From contig JBEKSS010000003.1 of assembly GCA_049516875.1 (NCBI GenBank), positions 32,001 to 96,000 of the forward strand: a stretch of DNA of 64,000 nt. The letters run 5' to 3'. A program made the position numbers and the translations under genes. Shown here one piece after another: positions 40,353 through 49,953 of the stretch (position 1 is its first letter; each line of letters begins with the position of its first letter). Under the pieces are notes generated by a model. The model saw nothing but the letters and a program-made list of their open reading frames with translations, ran no database searches and was not told the DNA's origin. The stretch comes from Candidatus Bathyarchaeia archaeon. GTDB taxonomy: Archaea > Thermoproteota > Bathyarchaeia > Bathyarchaeales > Bathycorpusculaceae.

Positions 40353-41105
40353 TTGAATTTGAGTGAAGAAGTCAAGATTGTCGAGAAGAAGAAGATACCG
40401 ACAGGGGCCACGTTGCTTTTTGCTTTTCCAGATGTTGGACTAGTCGGAGTGATAGCTGCTTCACATTTAATTGACGAGCTAGGCTTGACTGAAGTAGCCT
40501 ACTTGGATTCGAATCTGCTGCCACCGCTCATCGTACTGCACGAAGGCCTGCCGCACTCTTCAATAAGGATTTTCGCAGGCCAGGACACTCTCTTGGCGGT
40601 CTCAGAAGTACCGATACCCACTGACGTGATCTATCCGATAATGGATGCTTTGATTAACTGGGGAAAAAGCAAGAACGTTAAAATGATGATTTCGCTCAGC
40701 GGAATACCCATCCAAGACAGGCAAGATGTTACAGAACTAAAATCGTTCGCCGCCGCATCAAACGCCGAGGCACTGAAGACAGCTCAAGAGAAGGGCCTAG
40801 AGATTCTAACAGAAGGATACATGGTCGGCCCTCAAGCAGTTGTGCTTCAACGCGCTGCAGAAGCGGGGTCACCTGCCCTAACACTGCTTGCACAGTGTTT
40901 CTACAACTATCCAGACCCAGAGGCGGCTGCAGAAGTTCTGAAGGAGCTAGCAAAGATAACGGGATTGAAAGTGAACGTTGCAAAATTGTTGGAGAAAGGC
41001 GAGGAAATCCGATTAAGAGCAAGGGACGTGATGAAGCGAACTCAACAAGAGATGTCGAAGATGAAGAAAAGCCAAGAATACGACATCCCGATGTACGTCT
41101 CATAA
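40353..41105 (+). CDS. PAC2-family proteasome assembly chaperone homolog
   Basis: FPDVGLVGVIAASHL and YPDPEAAA motifs; ends MYVS. Confidence 0.88.
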   Translation: MNLSEEVKIVEKKKIPTGATLLFAFPDVGLVGVIAASHLIDELGLTEVAYLDSNLLPPLIVLHEGLPHSSIRIFAGQDTLLAVSEVPIPTDVIYPIMDALINWGKSKNVKMMISLSGIPIQDRQDVTELKSFAAASNAEALKTAQEKGLEILTEGYMVGPQAVVLQRAAEAGSPALTLLAQCFYNYPDPEAAAEVLKELAKITGLKVNVAKLLEKGEEIRLRARDVMKRTQQEMSKMKKSQEYDIPMYVS

Positions 41106-41118
41106 GGAGCATAGAAAG

Positions 41119-41541
41119 ATGTCGATTAGAAAGAGACAGTCAATCTCTGACATAATAGATGAGTACTTTGAAGATATGGAAAAATGGGCTGAGCAGGTCA
41201 GAGAAACTTTGAGTGAAAGACCATGCTGGGATCTGAAGACTTGTGCAATAGAGCCTTTGCGAGAGATAACGGTCACGCCCACAGAGGTGATAGTCACAGT
41301 TGACTTGCCATACGCAAAGAAAGAGACCGTCCAAGTTAAAGTAGTGAATGCCACCTCTCTTGAGATATTCGCCGAAATGAAAAAGAAAATACGTCTCACC
41401 GAACTTGGCGTAACACACAGGAAAGGCGTGATTCAGAGATTTCATGGCTGGATCCGCATTCCAGTGACAGTTAACATTGACAAAATGAGGGTTCAAAACA
41501 AAAAGGGAATTTTAGAAATAAAGTTACCCCGCAAACGCTAA
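41119..41541 (+). CDS. Small heat shock protein (Hsp20/alpha-crystallin)
   Basis: VIVTVDLP..KKE, IRIPVTV and GILEIKLP motifs. Confidence 0.88.
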   Translation: MSIRKRQSISDIIDEYFEDMEKWAEQVRETLSERPCWDLKTCAIEPLREITVTPTEVIVTVDLPYAKKETVQVKVVNATSLEIFAEMKKKIRLTELGVTHRKGVIQRFHGWIRIPVTVNIDKMRVQNKKGILEIKLPRKR

Positions 41542-41711
41542 CATGTGACCCATGCAAGAAGGATACAGAAGCCTCAGCACCTAAATATCGTCACAAATCA
41601 GACGGCTCTTCATGCATCATCGGCCCCAAAGTATGCAATGTAGGACGATGAGATAAACCTTGACGAAAGTCTTTTAACAACAAAACGTGATACGACTTAA
41701 CAGTTTGGTGG

Positions 41712-41918
41712 GTGCAAAATCTGACGGGCGAAAGAGCAATTCACGTCGTGATTTTCCTTCTTGTGCTAATAGGCTTATGTGGAATAAGTGGCTGGATAAT
41801 CTACGCCTCTGCGCCGAACGATTTGTTGAGAATTGCAGGAATTGCTTTGGGTTGGGGAATTATCCTATTGGCTCTCTACGCTGGATTTAGAGCGCTTAAT
41901 TGGAAATGGTGGGAATAA
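41712..41918 (+). CDS. Small hypothetical two-TM membrane protein
   Basis: 68 aa with two clear hydrophobic segments; GGTGG just upstream; fills an intergenic gap. Confidence 0.6.
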   Translation: MQNLTGERAIHVVIFLLVLIGLCGISGWIIYASAPNDLLRIAGIALGWGIILLALYAGFRALNWKWWE

Positions 41919-41975
41919 ACGCCATCTTTAGAGAGCCAGAACGATTGCATGTAACTCAGGCTATACTCTTTCACT

Positions 41976-42368
41976 CTATTTTGTTCTCATGATCTTCATT
42001 TTTCCGAGTATCCGCCAATATTCAATTTCTGTGCCAGGCGCAATCTTTGCTTTCAACTCCTCTTCTTGCGGATAAGGAGCATCAAAGTACTCGTAAGTCT
42101 CCAGGTCCATGATTTGAACGCCCGTAGGGTTGACCGCAAACACCTGTCCCATACGCTTGTCAATGATGGGAACTTCTGCACCAAGATCAACAGGCTTCAC
42201 AAAGCTTCTCTTAACCCCGTCCCAAACGCCTACAGCCGTTATTCTAGCTTTGGCTGAACCGTGCTTTCCTGGCTTCGACTTGTCTATCTCAACTATATGA
42301 CATGGTTCGCCGTCGATTACCATGTATCCGCCGACTCTCAACTCGCCAACGTGAACTGGTTTGGTCAT
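41976..42368 (-). CDS. eif5a: Translation factor aIF5A
   Basis: SKPGKHGSAK hypusine motif; ATG at 42368. Confidence 0.97.
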   Translation of the reverse strand: MTKPVHVGELRVGGYMVIDGEPCHIVEIDKSKPGKHGSAKARITAVGVWDGVKRSFVKPVDLGAEVPIIDKRMGQVFAVNPTGVQIMDLETYEYFDAPYPQEEELKAKIAPGTEIEYWRILGKMKIMRTK

Positions 42369-42464
42369 GTGCAAGCCAACCTGCAACTGATTACTTACAG
42401 AGCCATTTTGAGCTACACGCATATATAGATTAAGGTGTCGGTAGTAGGTTGAGGGTGGACTGAC

Positions 42465-43304
42465 GTGTTCAAAAGCGTAGGCTTGGTCGCGCGCTACGAC
42501 AGAAAGAACTCTGTGAAACTAGCAGGTGACCTAGCCGAGCATCTGAAAGCAAGAGGATTGGAGGTATATGTGGAAGACACGTTAGCTGAAAAAATGAACA
42601 CGAAACAAGAAATTATGCCTATAGAAAACATGAAGACTGATTTTATAATCACGATTGGCGGTGATGGAACTATTCTCAGGGCTTGCATTTCACTTCCGAA
42701 GCCAGAGCCGCCAATACTCGCAGTAAACATGGGCGTGAGAGGCTTTCTCACAGAAGTTAGTCCAAAACAAGCTATTGTGGCTGTGGACAAGTGTCTAGCC
42801 GGTGAATTCAAGATTGAAAAGTGCATGAAGCTTGCGATAACTGCAGACGGCGCAAAGTTTCCAGAGGCACTAAATGAAGTTGTTATCTCAGCTGATGAAC
42901 CGGCAAAACTGCTCTACACCCGCATCCTGAGGGACAAAGAGCCAATCATAAACTGCCAATCAGACGGATTAATGGTGGCCACACAGACCGGCTCCACTGG
43001 CTATTCTCTCTCAGCCGGAGGACCTGTCCTGGACCCCAGCGTAGATGCCTTTGTCCTCACGCCCATTTGTCCATTAAGTGTTTTTCATCCAATTGTTTTT
43101 CCAGCCGATTCAGCCCTGACAATCGAGGTCAACAGACCGAGGAGGACCCACATATTGATTGATGGACACAGCTGTCAGCTCGTAAACTGTAGACACCCGG
43201 GTTTGACCGTCACGCGTTCCAAGAACGAGACATCCTTTATAAGATTTAGAGAGAACTTCTACCACCGTTTAAGAAGCAGGCTGCTTTTCAGGGGAATGAA
43301 GTGA
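42465..43304 (+). CDS. nadK: NAD kinase
   Basis: GGDGT, LNE and DGLMVAT.TGSTGYSLSAGGP motifs. Confidence 0.95.
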   Translation: MFKSVGLVARYDRKNSVKLAGDLAEHLKARGLEVYVEDTLAEKMNTKQEIMPIENMKTDFIITIGGDGTILRACISLPKPEPPILAVNMGVRGFLTEVSPKQAIVAVDKCLAGEFKIEKCMKLAITADGAKFPEALNEVVISADEPAKLLYTRILRDKEPIINCQSDGLMVATQTGSTGYSLSAGGPVLDPSVDAFVLTPICPLSVFHPIVFPADSALTIEVNRPRRTHILIDGHSCQLVNCRHPGLTVTRSKNETSFIRFRENFYHRLRSRLLFRGMK

Positions 43305-43849
43305 AAGACCCGCGGGAAAAAACAGGCAAAAGAGCAATAGTCATAGACACGTCTGCTCTCATTGCTGGTTTTGACCCGTTCGCAATCAACGAAGAACAAT
43401 ACACTGCGCCCAAGGTCAGAGAGGAGATAACAGAAGATACGATGTCCTGGGTTAGATTCAAAACAGCCATAGATAACGGAAAAGTGAAAATCAAAACCCC
43501 AGAAGAAGCCTTCGTAGAGAAGGCTAAAGCATTCGCCTCCGTTGTTGGAAACTCTTTTTTCCTCTCAGAGACAGACCTCCAAGTCCTGGCATTAGCTCTG
43601 GAACTCAAGACAGATGGCTATTCTCCGCTGATTGCTACAGACGATTATTCAATACAGAATGTTGCAAGCGAAATGAACATCGATTTTGCTCCATTGTCCA
43701 CCTTTGGAATTCGTCGCCGACTGCAATGGATACGGTACTGCCCAGCGTGCCACAAGAAATATCCGCCAAACTACAAGTCTATCAGATGCGAAGTCTGCGG
43801 AACAAGAGTGAAGAGAAAACCATTGAAAAAGAACGGTGAGAACCACTAG
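43301..43849 (+). CDS. nob1: Nob1 PIN-domain rRNA endonuclease
   Basis: IDTSA, LSETD and TDDYSIQNVA motifs with C-terminal CxxC...CxxC ribbon. Confidence 0.92.
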   Translation: MKDPREKTGKRAIVIDTSALIAGFDPFAINEEQYTAPKVREEITEDTMSWVRFKTAIDNGKVKIKTPEEAFVEKAKAFASVVGNSFFLSETDLQVLALALELKTDGYSPLIATDDYSIQNVASEMNIDFAPLSTFGIRRRLQWIRYCPACHKKYPPNYKSIRCEVCGTRVKRKPLKKNGENH

Positions 43850-43914
43850 ATACTACAAAACTATAAAGCAAAGGCCAGAGCCTTATTAACCAAATCAAAC
43901 ACGGGGCAGAACGT

Positions 43915-44490
43915 ATGAGTTCATTTGAGAAGAAGGCTGTCTATTTCAGCAAAGCAGGGGAACAAAACACAGATGCCCTGTTAAGATTCGCAAGAGAATA
44001 CATTGAAGAAGAAGACATAAAAGACGTCATCGTTGCCTCAACGACCGGCAAGACAGGAGCAAAAGCAGCAAAAACATTCAAAGGCCGAAATGTTGTTGTG
44101 GTCACACACAACTTTGGTTTCCAAGAACCCGGAAAGACCGAATTGCAGGAAGAGTACAAGAAGAAAATACTGGCCGACGGTGCAAAAATATTCACAGGCG
44201 TACACGCACTAAGCAGTGCCGAACGTGCAGTGCGAAAGGATTTTGGCACAATCCAACCTTTGGAGCTAATGGCCAACGTTCTCAGACGCTTGGGAGAAGG
44301 AACGAAAGTGTGCATCGAAATCACCATGATGGCCGCGGACGCTGGGCTCATTTCAGCTGACAAAGACGTTGTCGCAATTGCCGGAACAGGAAAAGGAGCA
44401 GACACTGCACTTCGCATACATCCTGCAAACGCTGCAAGATTCTTCGACCTGAAAATAAGGGAAGTAATAGCAAAGCCTGCAGACTTCTGA
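43915..44490 (+). CDS. Pyruvate kinase C-terminal-like domain protein (DUF1867-like)
   Basis: VASTTGKTG, VVVTH, GTKVCIEI..MAADAG and GTGKGADTA motifs. Confidence 0.85.
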   Translation: MSSFEKKAVYFSKAGEQNTDALLRFAREYIEEEDIKDVIVASTTGKTGAKAAKTFKGRNVVVVTHNFGFQEPGKTELQEEYKKKILADGAKIFTGVHALSSAERAVRKDFGTIQPLELMANVLRRLGEGTKVCIEITMMAADAGLISADKDVVAIAGTGKGADTALRIHPANAARFFDLKIREVIAKPADF

Positions 44491-44569
44491 GAGATACGTT
44501 TGAGAGGCTGAAGAAAACGTTATGAAGCGGTGTTGTTGAAAACTTCCTCCTTGTAGGCAAGAAACAGGG

Positions 44570-44998
44570 TTATACTGCGTCGTTGTCGCGTTTGCTGAAG
44601 TAGGATATGTCAGTGTGTTCAGTGTACCCGCATTTCTCGAACAATGTTTTTGACGCCTTGTTAGGGCCTTCGATTAAGCTGCAGAAGATTTTGAGGCCAT
44701 GGTGTCTAAGGGTTTTTTCAGATTCATCAATCAAAGCCTTTGCCACACCGCGATGCCTGTAGTCTGGGTCAACGGCCAGGCGGTTTATCCATCCTTTCCG
44801 CATGTCACTGCTTAGAACGACCGTTCCGACGAGGCGACCGTCTTCAAAGGCTCCTAGAAAGAAGTCAGGACTGGCCCTTATCTGCTCTGCAACTGACCTT
44901 CTGCTGTCCCTCCCTTTAGGCTTGAAGGGCAGATCAGCTCGAGACCAGAGACTGATGATTCCGTTGTAATCGTCTATTGTCAATCTTCGAATTTGCAT
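44570..44998 (-). CDS. GNAT family acetyltransferase
   Basis: LAVDPDYRHRGVA acetyl-CoA motif A; N..S..LFEKCGY. Confidence 0.92.
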   Translation of the reverse strand: MQIRRLTIDDYNGIISLWSRADLPFKPKGRDSRRSVAEQIRASPDFFLGAFEDGRLVGTVVLSSDMRKGWINRLAVDPDYRHRGVAKALIDESEKTLRHHGLKIFCSLIEGPNKASKTLFEKCGYTEHTDISYFSKRDNDAV

Positions 44999-45013
44999 TT
45001 GAACACGGAGATG

Positions 45014-46354
45014 TTACTTTTCTTTTTCAACTTCTTTCGTGACGTCTTCAATTATGTCCAGTGCCGAGTCTACAAGATCTCTTGTTATGATAATTGGCGG
45101 CGCGATTCTGATGGTTGAGGCTCCGCACGTAATCACATTGATGCCGCGTTTCCATGAGCGCATCATTATCTCGGTGACTTTCTGAGGGGCTGGCTTCTTG
45201 CTTTCCTTGTCTTCTACGATTTCCATGCCTATCATCAAACCCTTGCCTCTTACATCGCCGACGATTTCGCTTTGCTCTTTCAGTTCGGCAAGTCTCTTCA
45301 GGATATACGAGCCCTGCTTGGTCGCATTCTCAAGAAGCTTCTCTTCCTTCACGACATCTATGACTGCACTCGCGGCCACGCATGACAGTGGGTTACCGCC
45401 GAAAGTGCTTGCGTGTGAGCCTGGAACCCAGTCCATGATTTGGGCTTTGGCAATCGTTGCTCCCAAGGGCAGGCCTGATGCTAACGCTTTCGCGGTGCAC
45501 ACGATGTCTGGTTCAACTCCCCAGTGTTCAATGGCAAACCATTTTCCGGTCCTGCCCATGCCTGATTGCACTTCATCGTCAATGAGCAGCAGACCGTACT
45601 TGTCGGCGAGCTTCTTTATTCGCTGGAAGTATTCTGGAGGAGGCACGACGTATCCGCCTTCACCTTGAATGGACTCGAAAAGTATGGCGGCGGTGTCTTC
45701 AGGAGGAACGTACTTCTGCAGGACATACTCATCGATGAAGTCTACGCACCAGTAGTGACAGTCAGGGTACGTTAGCTTGAAGGGGCAACGGTAACAGTAC
45801 GCGTAGGGCACGTGGGTCACGCCGGGCATGAGCGGGAAGAAGTAACGCTTCTGAGTGGGCTTACTTGCCGTGAAGGATAACGCTCCTATCGTCCGCCCGT
45901 GAAAGGCTCCTGTGAACCCGATGAACAACTGTCTTCGGCTGTGCCACTTCGCAAGCTTTACAGCCGCTTCAACCGCCTCGGCGCCGCTGTTGCCAAAATA
46001 GACTTTTTTCTCAGAACCCCCGGGCGTAATTTGAGCCAATTTCTCCGCGAGGTCAACCACCTCTCTGTAGTAAAAGTCTGTGTTCGAATAGTGCAGGAAG
46101 CGGTCACACTGATTCTTTATGGCTGCAACGACTTTTGGATGATTGTGGCCCACGCCCATGCACACAAGGCCTGAGTTGAAGTCTATGTACTCGTTTCCGT
46201 CAACATCCTTCACGATGCAGCCTTTACCAGATTCAACGACGAGAGGATAAAACCGACCGTAAGAAGGCGAAATGAACTTCTCGTCTTTCCTAACAAGCTC
46301 TCTTGCCTTCGGACCTGGGGGAGCAACAACTATCTTGGGGTAATCGGCCATCAC
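45014..46354 (-). CDS. Class III PLP aminotransferase (omega-amino acid/ornithine type)
   Basis: NSGAEA, FHGRT, DEVQSGMGRTG, TAKAL and HASTFGGNP motifs. Confidence 0.92.
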   Translation of the reverse strand: MMADYPKIVVAPPGPKARELVRKDEKFISPSYGRFYPLVVESGKGCIVKDVDGNEYIDFNSGLVCMGVGHNHPKVVAAIKNQCDRFLHYSNTDFYYREVVDLAEKLAQITPGGSEKKVYFGNSGAEAVEAAVKLAKWHSRRQLFIGFTGAFHGRTIGALSFTASKPTQKRYFFPLMPGVTHVPYAYCYRCPFKLTYPDCHYWCVDFIDEYVLQKYVPPEDTAAILFESIQGEGGYVVPPPEYFQRIKKLADKYGLLLIDDEVQSGMGRTGKWFAIEHWGVEPDIVCTAKALASGLPLGATIAKAQIMDWVPGSHASTFGGNPLSCVAASAVIDVVKEEKLLENATKQGSYILKRLAELKEQSEIVGDVRGKGLMIGMEIVEDKESKKPAPQKVTEIMMRSWKRGINVITCGASTIRIAPPIIITRDLVDSALDIIEDVTKEVEKEK

Positions 46355-46500
46355 GCATCACCAGCTGAGAGCTAAACGATTAGAAAAGAGGTTTTATATA
46401 GCTATCGATGCTCCTGCCTTGAAAAAGAAACGTTAAGGGTAAACAGTCAATACTGACTAGTCAGACAGGCCGATTAGCGTCTGCGGAAAAGAGAAGCAGT

Positions 46501-46857
46501 CTACTGCTTGATTACGGATATTTCGATGGCTGAAACCTTTGACTTCTGCCCCTGCTCTCTGTCGACTTCCTCAGTGGACAGGCTTATGCCTTCCAGTTGC
46601 ACGCCCTTTGCAAATGAGCGTCTTAGCACTTCAATAGTGTCCACGGCTCTTGGGATTGCGCGCCCTCTGGCTTTGACAACAATCTTGTTTGCGCCAGAGT
46701 TGAGGTGCATCATGCAGGCAAGCACGTAGTTCATAACTGGCTTGCTTCCAACGAACACGACGCTCCCACCAACTTGCGAGACGTTCGGTTGAACAGTTCG
46801 CGGGGCTCTTTTTGCTCTCTCTTTTCGCTCAGGCTTCTTGGACTTTTCCTCAGTCAT
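46501..46857 (-). CDS. albA: Chromatin protein Alba
   Basis: VGSKPVMNYVLA, KARGRAI.RAVD and VSAIEI motifs. Confidence 0.93.
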   Translation of the reverse strand: MTEEKSKKPERKERAKRAPRTVQPNVSQVGGSVVFVGSKPVMNYVLACMMHLNSGANKIVVKARGRAIPRAVDTIEVLRRSFAKGVQLEGISLSTEEVDREQGQKSKVSAIEISVIKQ

Positions 46858-46928
46858 TTCAATCTCCTCTTTTTCAGTTGACTATCGGTGGTTCGCATCG
46901 TAAGGCAGTCTATGTAATGAACTCTGCC

Positions 46929-47864
46929 TTATATTTTTCCGTACAGTGCCTGATCAGACACACTGTTTCCGGCAAGTTTGCGGTAATGTTCCCAGTCTTC
47001 GCCCAGCCATTTCTGGATCCTTTCAACATCCTCTTCGGACAAACCGCGGAACCTGCCCTGCAGGCCAAAGTATTCCTTGACGGGCTTGCGCTTGGACTTG
47101 TCGACGAGGCGGTCGCTTGGAGAGTTGAGCCTGAACTTTCCGTCTTCAATCTCGTAAAGAACCCACATGCCAGTCTGCACTGCAAGGCGGCCCAGTTCTA
47201 CGGTTTTGCTCGTGTCGTACCGCCATCCAGTTGGACAGGGTGCCAAAAGATGAATGTACTTCGTGCCCTTGATGCCCTTGGCCTTTCTCAGCTTGTTTAC
47301 AAAGTCCATCGGGTAGGACGTGCAGGCCGTGGCAACGTAGGGTATTCTGTGTGCAGCCATTATCAAGGGCATGTCTTTCTTGCGTTCCCTCTTGCCAGAG
47401 GGTGTGGTGGTGGTCCACGCGCCGTACGGTGTTGCCCCGCTTCGTTGCATTCCAGTGTTGCCGTAGGCTTCGTTGTCGTAGCAGACGTATATGAAGTTGG
47501 TTTCTCTTTCAGCCGCTCCAGATAGGGCTTGAATTCCTATGTCAACAGTCCCGCCGTCTCCTGCCCAGCCGACGACGGTTATGTCCGCGAGTTTTCTCTG
47601 GCGGAGAGCTGCAGTGATTCCTGACGCAGCGGCGCCTGTGGACTCGAACAGTATGTTTTGAACGGGAACAGCGGAAGAAGTGTAGGGGTATGGCCCCTGG
47701 ATCACGGTTGTGCAGCAGGCGGGTACAACCATGATTATCTTGTTTCCCAACGCTTTGAAAAGCAGCCGAAGGGAAATGGCTGGGCCGCAGCCCGCGCAGG
47801 CAGCGTGCCCCTTGAGTAGGTATTCCTCTTTTGGAAGTTCTTTCACGGTCACCATTTTGTTCAC
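46929..47864 (-). CDS. porB: Pyruvate/2-ketoisovalerate:ferredoxin oxidoreductase beta subunit
   Basis: GHAACAGCG, GDGG.DIG TPP motif, DNEAYGNTG and APCPTGW. Confidence 0.93.
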   Translation of the reverse strand: MNKMVTVKELPKEEYLLKGHAACAGCGPAISLRLLFKALGNKIIMVVPACCTTVIQGPYPYTSSAVPVQNILFESTGAAASGITAALRQRKLADITVVGWAGDGGTVDIGIQALSGAAERETNFIYVCYDNEAYGNTGMQRSGATPYGAWTTTTPSGKRERKKDMPLIMAAHRIPYVATACTSYPMDFVNKLRKAKGIKGTKYIHLLAPCPTGWRYDTSKTVELGRLAVQTGMWVLYEIEDGKFRLNSPSDRLVDKSKRKPVKEYFGLQGRFRGLSEEDVERIQKWLGEDWEHYRKLAGNSVSDQALYGKI

Positions 47865-49039
47865 TCTCGTAGGTCAACCCACTCGGTCTCTTTTTCCACC
47901 TTGCCCTCCTTCATGCATTTCAGCGACTTCTTGGCTACCTTTTCAATTGTTTCAGAGGTCACGTCTCTTCCTCCAAGCCCAGCGATAAAGCCTGCGATCA
48001 AGGGCCGGTCTTTCTGGTTGAAGAGGGAGGCTTTGGTTTCTGAGGCTAGAAATCCTTCCATGCCGAAGGAAATGTGGCGGTCTATCGTTGCGAGTATGTG
48101 GGTGTTTTCTGCAAGCTTCATTATTTCTTCAACTGGGAAGGGACGGTACACGCGGACTCTCGCTGACCCTACTTTTTGTCCTTCCTTGCGCAGCTTGTCC
48201 ACGGCAAGTTTGGCTTCGCTTCCCATAGTTCCCATCGTGACCATTATCAGGTCTGCATCCTCGCACTTGTATTTCTCAACGAGCCCTCCGTATTCGGAGC
48301 CGAAGCGTTTACCATACTCCTTGTCGATTTGTGGGATGAGTCTCTTCGCGTTATCCATTGCCTCCTGAATCATGTAGCGAAACTCCATGTACCATTCAGG
48401 CGAAACCAGGTTTGCGTGGGAGCAAGGACGGTCAATGTCTAAGGTCCAACCAGACTTGTATGCTGGCAGATAGGCATCGATTTTTTCTTGATCAGGAATC
48501 TTCGCAGGGGTGTAAGTGTGTGACAGGATGAAGCCTTCAAGGCACACCATCGCAGGGAGAAAAACCCGTTCATCCTCACAGAGTTTGTAGGCTTGAATTA
48601 TAGTGTCGAAAACCTCTTGGTTGTCAGCGCAGTAGAACTGGATCCATCCAGTGTCCCGCTGGGAAAGCGAATCGCTTAGGTCTGGCCATATGCTCCAGGG
48701 CGCTCCCATAGCTCGGTTGACAACGGCCATTACTATCGGCAAGCGTGAGCCAGCCGCCCAGTGCAAGGCTTCATGCATGAGGGCCAAACCGTGCGCGGAT
48801 GTCGCAGTGAACGTTCTGACCCCGGTAGCGGCGGCACCTATGCAGGCTACCATCGCGCTGTGCTCTGATTCCACGCGGATGAATTCTGCATCCATCTCTC
48901 GGTTTTCAACAAACTCGGCGATTTTTTCAACGATGGTTGTCTGAGGAGTAATCGGGTAGGCCGCAACGACTTTCACCCGTGCTGCTCTTGCGGCGTAGCC
49001 GGCAATGTGATTTGCCGTGTCAATAATCGTCTGCCCCAT
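47861..49039 (-). CDS. porA: Pyruvate/2-ketoisovalerate:ferredoxin oxidoreductase alpha subunit
   Basis: AYPITPQT, VESEHSA and GLGGRD motifs. Confidence 0.93.
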   Translation of the reverse strand: MGQTIIDTANHIAGYAARAARVKVVAAYPITPQTTIVEKIAEFVENREMDAEFIRVESEHSAMVACIGAAATGVRTFTATSAHGLALMHEALHWAAGSRLPIVMAVVNRAMGAPWSIWPDLSDSLSQRDTGWIQFYCADNQEVFDTIIQAYKLCEDERVFLPAMVCLEGFILSHTYTPAKIPDQEKIDAYLPAYKSGWTLDIDRPCSHANLVSPEWYMEFRYMIQEAMDNAKRLIPQIDKEYGKRFGSEYGGLVEKYKCEDADLIMVTMGTMGSEAKLAVDKLRKEGQKVGSARVRVYRPFPVEEIMKLAENTHILATIDRHISFGMEGFLASETKASLFNQKDRPLIAGFIAGLGGRDVTSETIEKVAKKSLKCMKEGKVEKETEWVDLRE

Positions 49040-49324
49040 CTATTCTTCCTCCCTCTTCATCGTTATTGCCTTGGTCGGACACTCGTTGGCGCATATTCCG
49101 CAGCCTTTGCAGTAGTCATAATCTATCTTCGGAGAATCATCTTCCTCTCTTGTTATTGCTGCGTCAGGGCAGTAAACCCAGCACAGAGTGCACCGTGTAC
49201 ATCTAGAGTAGTCAATCTCAGGGCGGAAAGTTCTCCAAGACCCCGTTTTTCCCATGCTTCCAACCGTCGGGAAAGACAGCGGGGTGACCGGAAGCTCTTT
49301 ACGTTTCTTCGGAACTGCAGTCAT
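49040..49324 (-). CDS. porD: Pyruvate/2-ketoisovalerate:ferredoxin oxidoreductase delta subunit
   Basis: TGSWRTFRP and two CxxCxxCxxxCP 4Fe-4S motifs. Confidence 0.93.
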   Translation of the reverse strand: MTAVPKKRKELPVTPLSFPTVGSMGKTGSWRTFRPEIDYSRCTRCTLCWVYCPDAAITREEDDSPKIDYDYCKGCGICANECPTKAITMKREEE

Positions 49325-49893
49325 CAGGCCTCACCGTCCCACCATTTAGTCAACCGTTCATAGGCCAGCTCCGTTGCTCTAGAGTTCTTCTCGCCAGCAC
49401 CGCCAGACCACGTTTCCCTTACGGCTTTCAGGACGCTTTCAAGTTTTACCTCGCCGGTGGCCTTGGCGAAGGCTCCCAGAATCGACGTGTTAACGACAGG
49501 AAGGCCGGCCACGAGCAGGTTTAGCTCCAATGCGATTCCGGTTGCATCAATTGTTGCCACACGCCAGCCTTTCAACCCAATTTCTTCAGGCTTTTTCTTG
49601 GTGTTGATGACGATGATCCCGTCCTTCTTCAAACCTTCTGCAACGTCTACAACCTTGTAAATGTAAGGGTCAAGCACTATGACATAATCGGGAGTGTAAA
49701 CTTGACTGTGAACGAACATCGGTTCATCGCTTATCCGTGCGAAGGCCTTAACTGGGGCTCCTCGCCGCTCCGCTCCAAAATACGGGAAAGCTTGCACGCA
49801 TTTGCCTTCAAAGAAAGCAGCATGGGCCAAAACTTCAGCGGCAGTGACGCTTCCCTGTCCACCACGACCGTGGATCCTTATTTCTTTAATCAC
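49324..49893 (-). CDS. porG: Pyruvate/2-ketoisovalerate:ferredoxin oxidoreductase gamma subunit
   Basis: HGRGGQG and FGAERRGAP motifs. Confidence 0.93.
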   Translation of the reverse strand: MIKEIRIHGRGGQGSVTAAEVLAHAAFFEGKCVQAFPYFGAERRGAPVKAFARISDEPMFVHSQVYTPDYVIVLDPYIYKVVDVAEGLKKDGIIVINTKKKPEEIGLKGWRVATIDATGIALELNLLVAGLPVVNTSILGAFAKATGEVKLESVLKAVRETWSGGAGEKNSRATELAYERLTKWWDGEA

Positions 49894-49953
49894 TGCTTCA
49901 ACCCTTCTAGTCAGAAATTGAAAATGGAAAACTTCGAACTTATTAGTGTTAGC

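Noticed and set aside
46812-47525. Long antisense ORFs (e.g. 46812-47525, 32550-33242, 57035-57742)
   Set aside because: They are shadows on the opposite strand of well-supported genes (porB, P-type ATPase, DP2)
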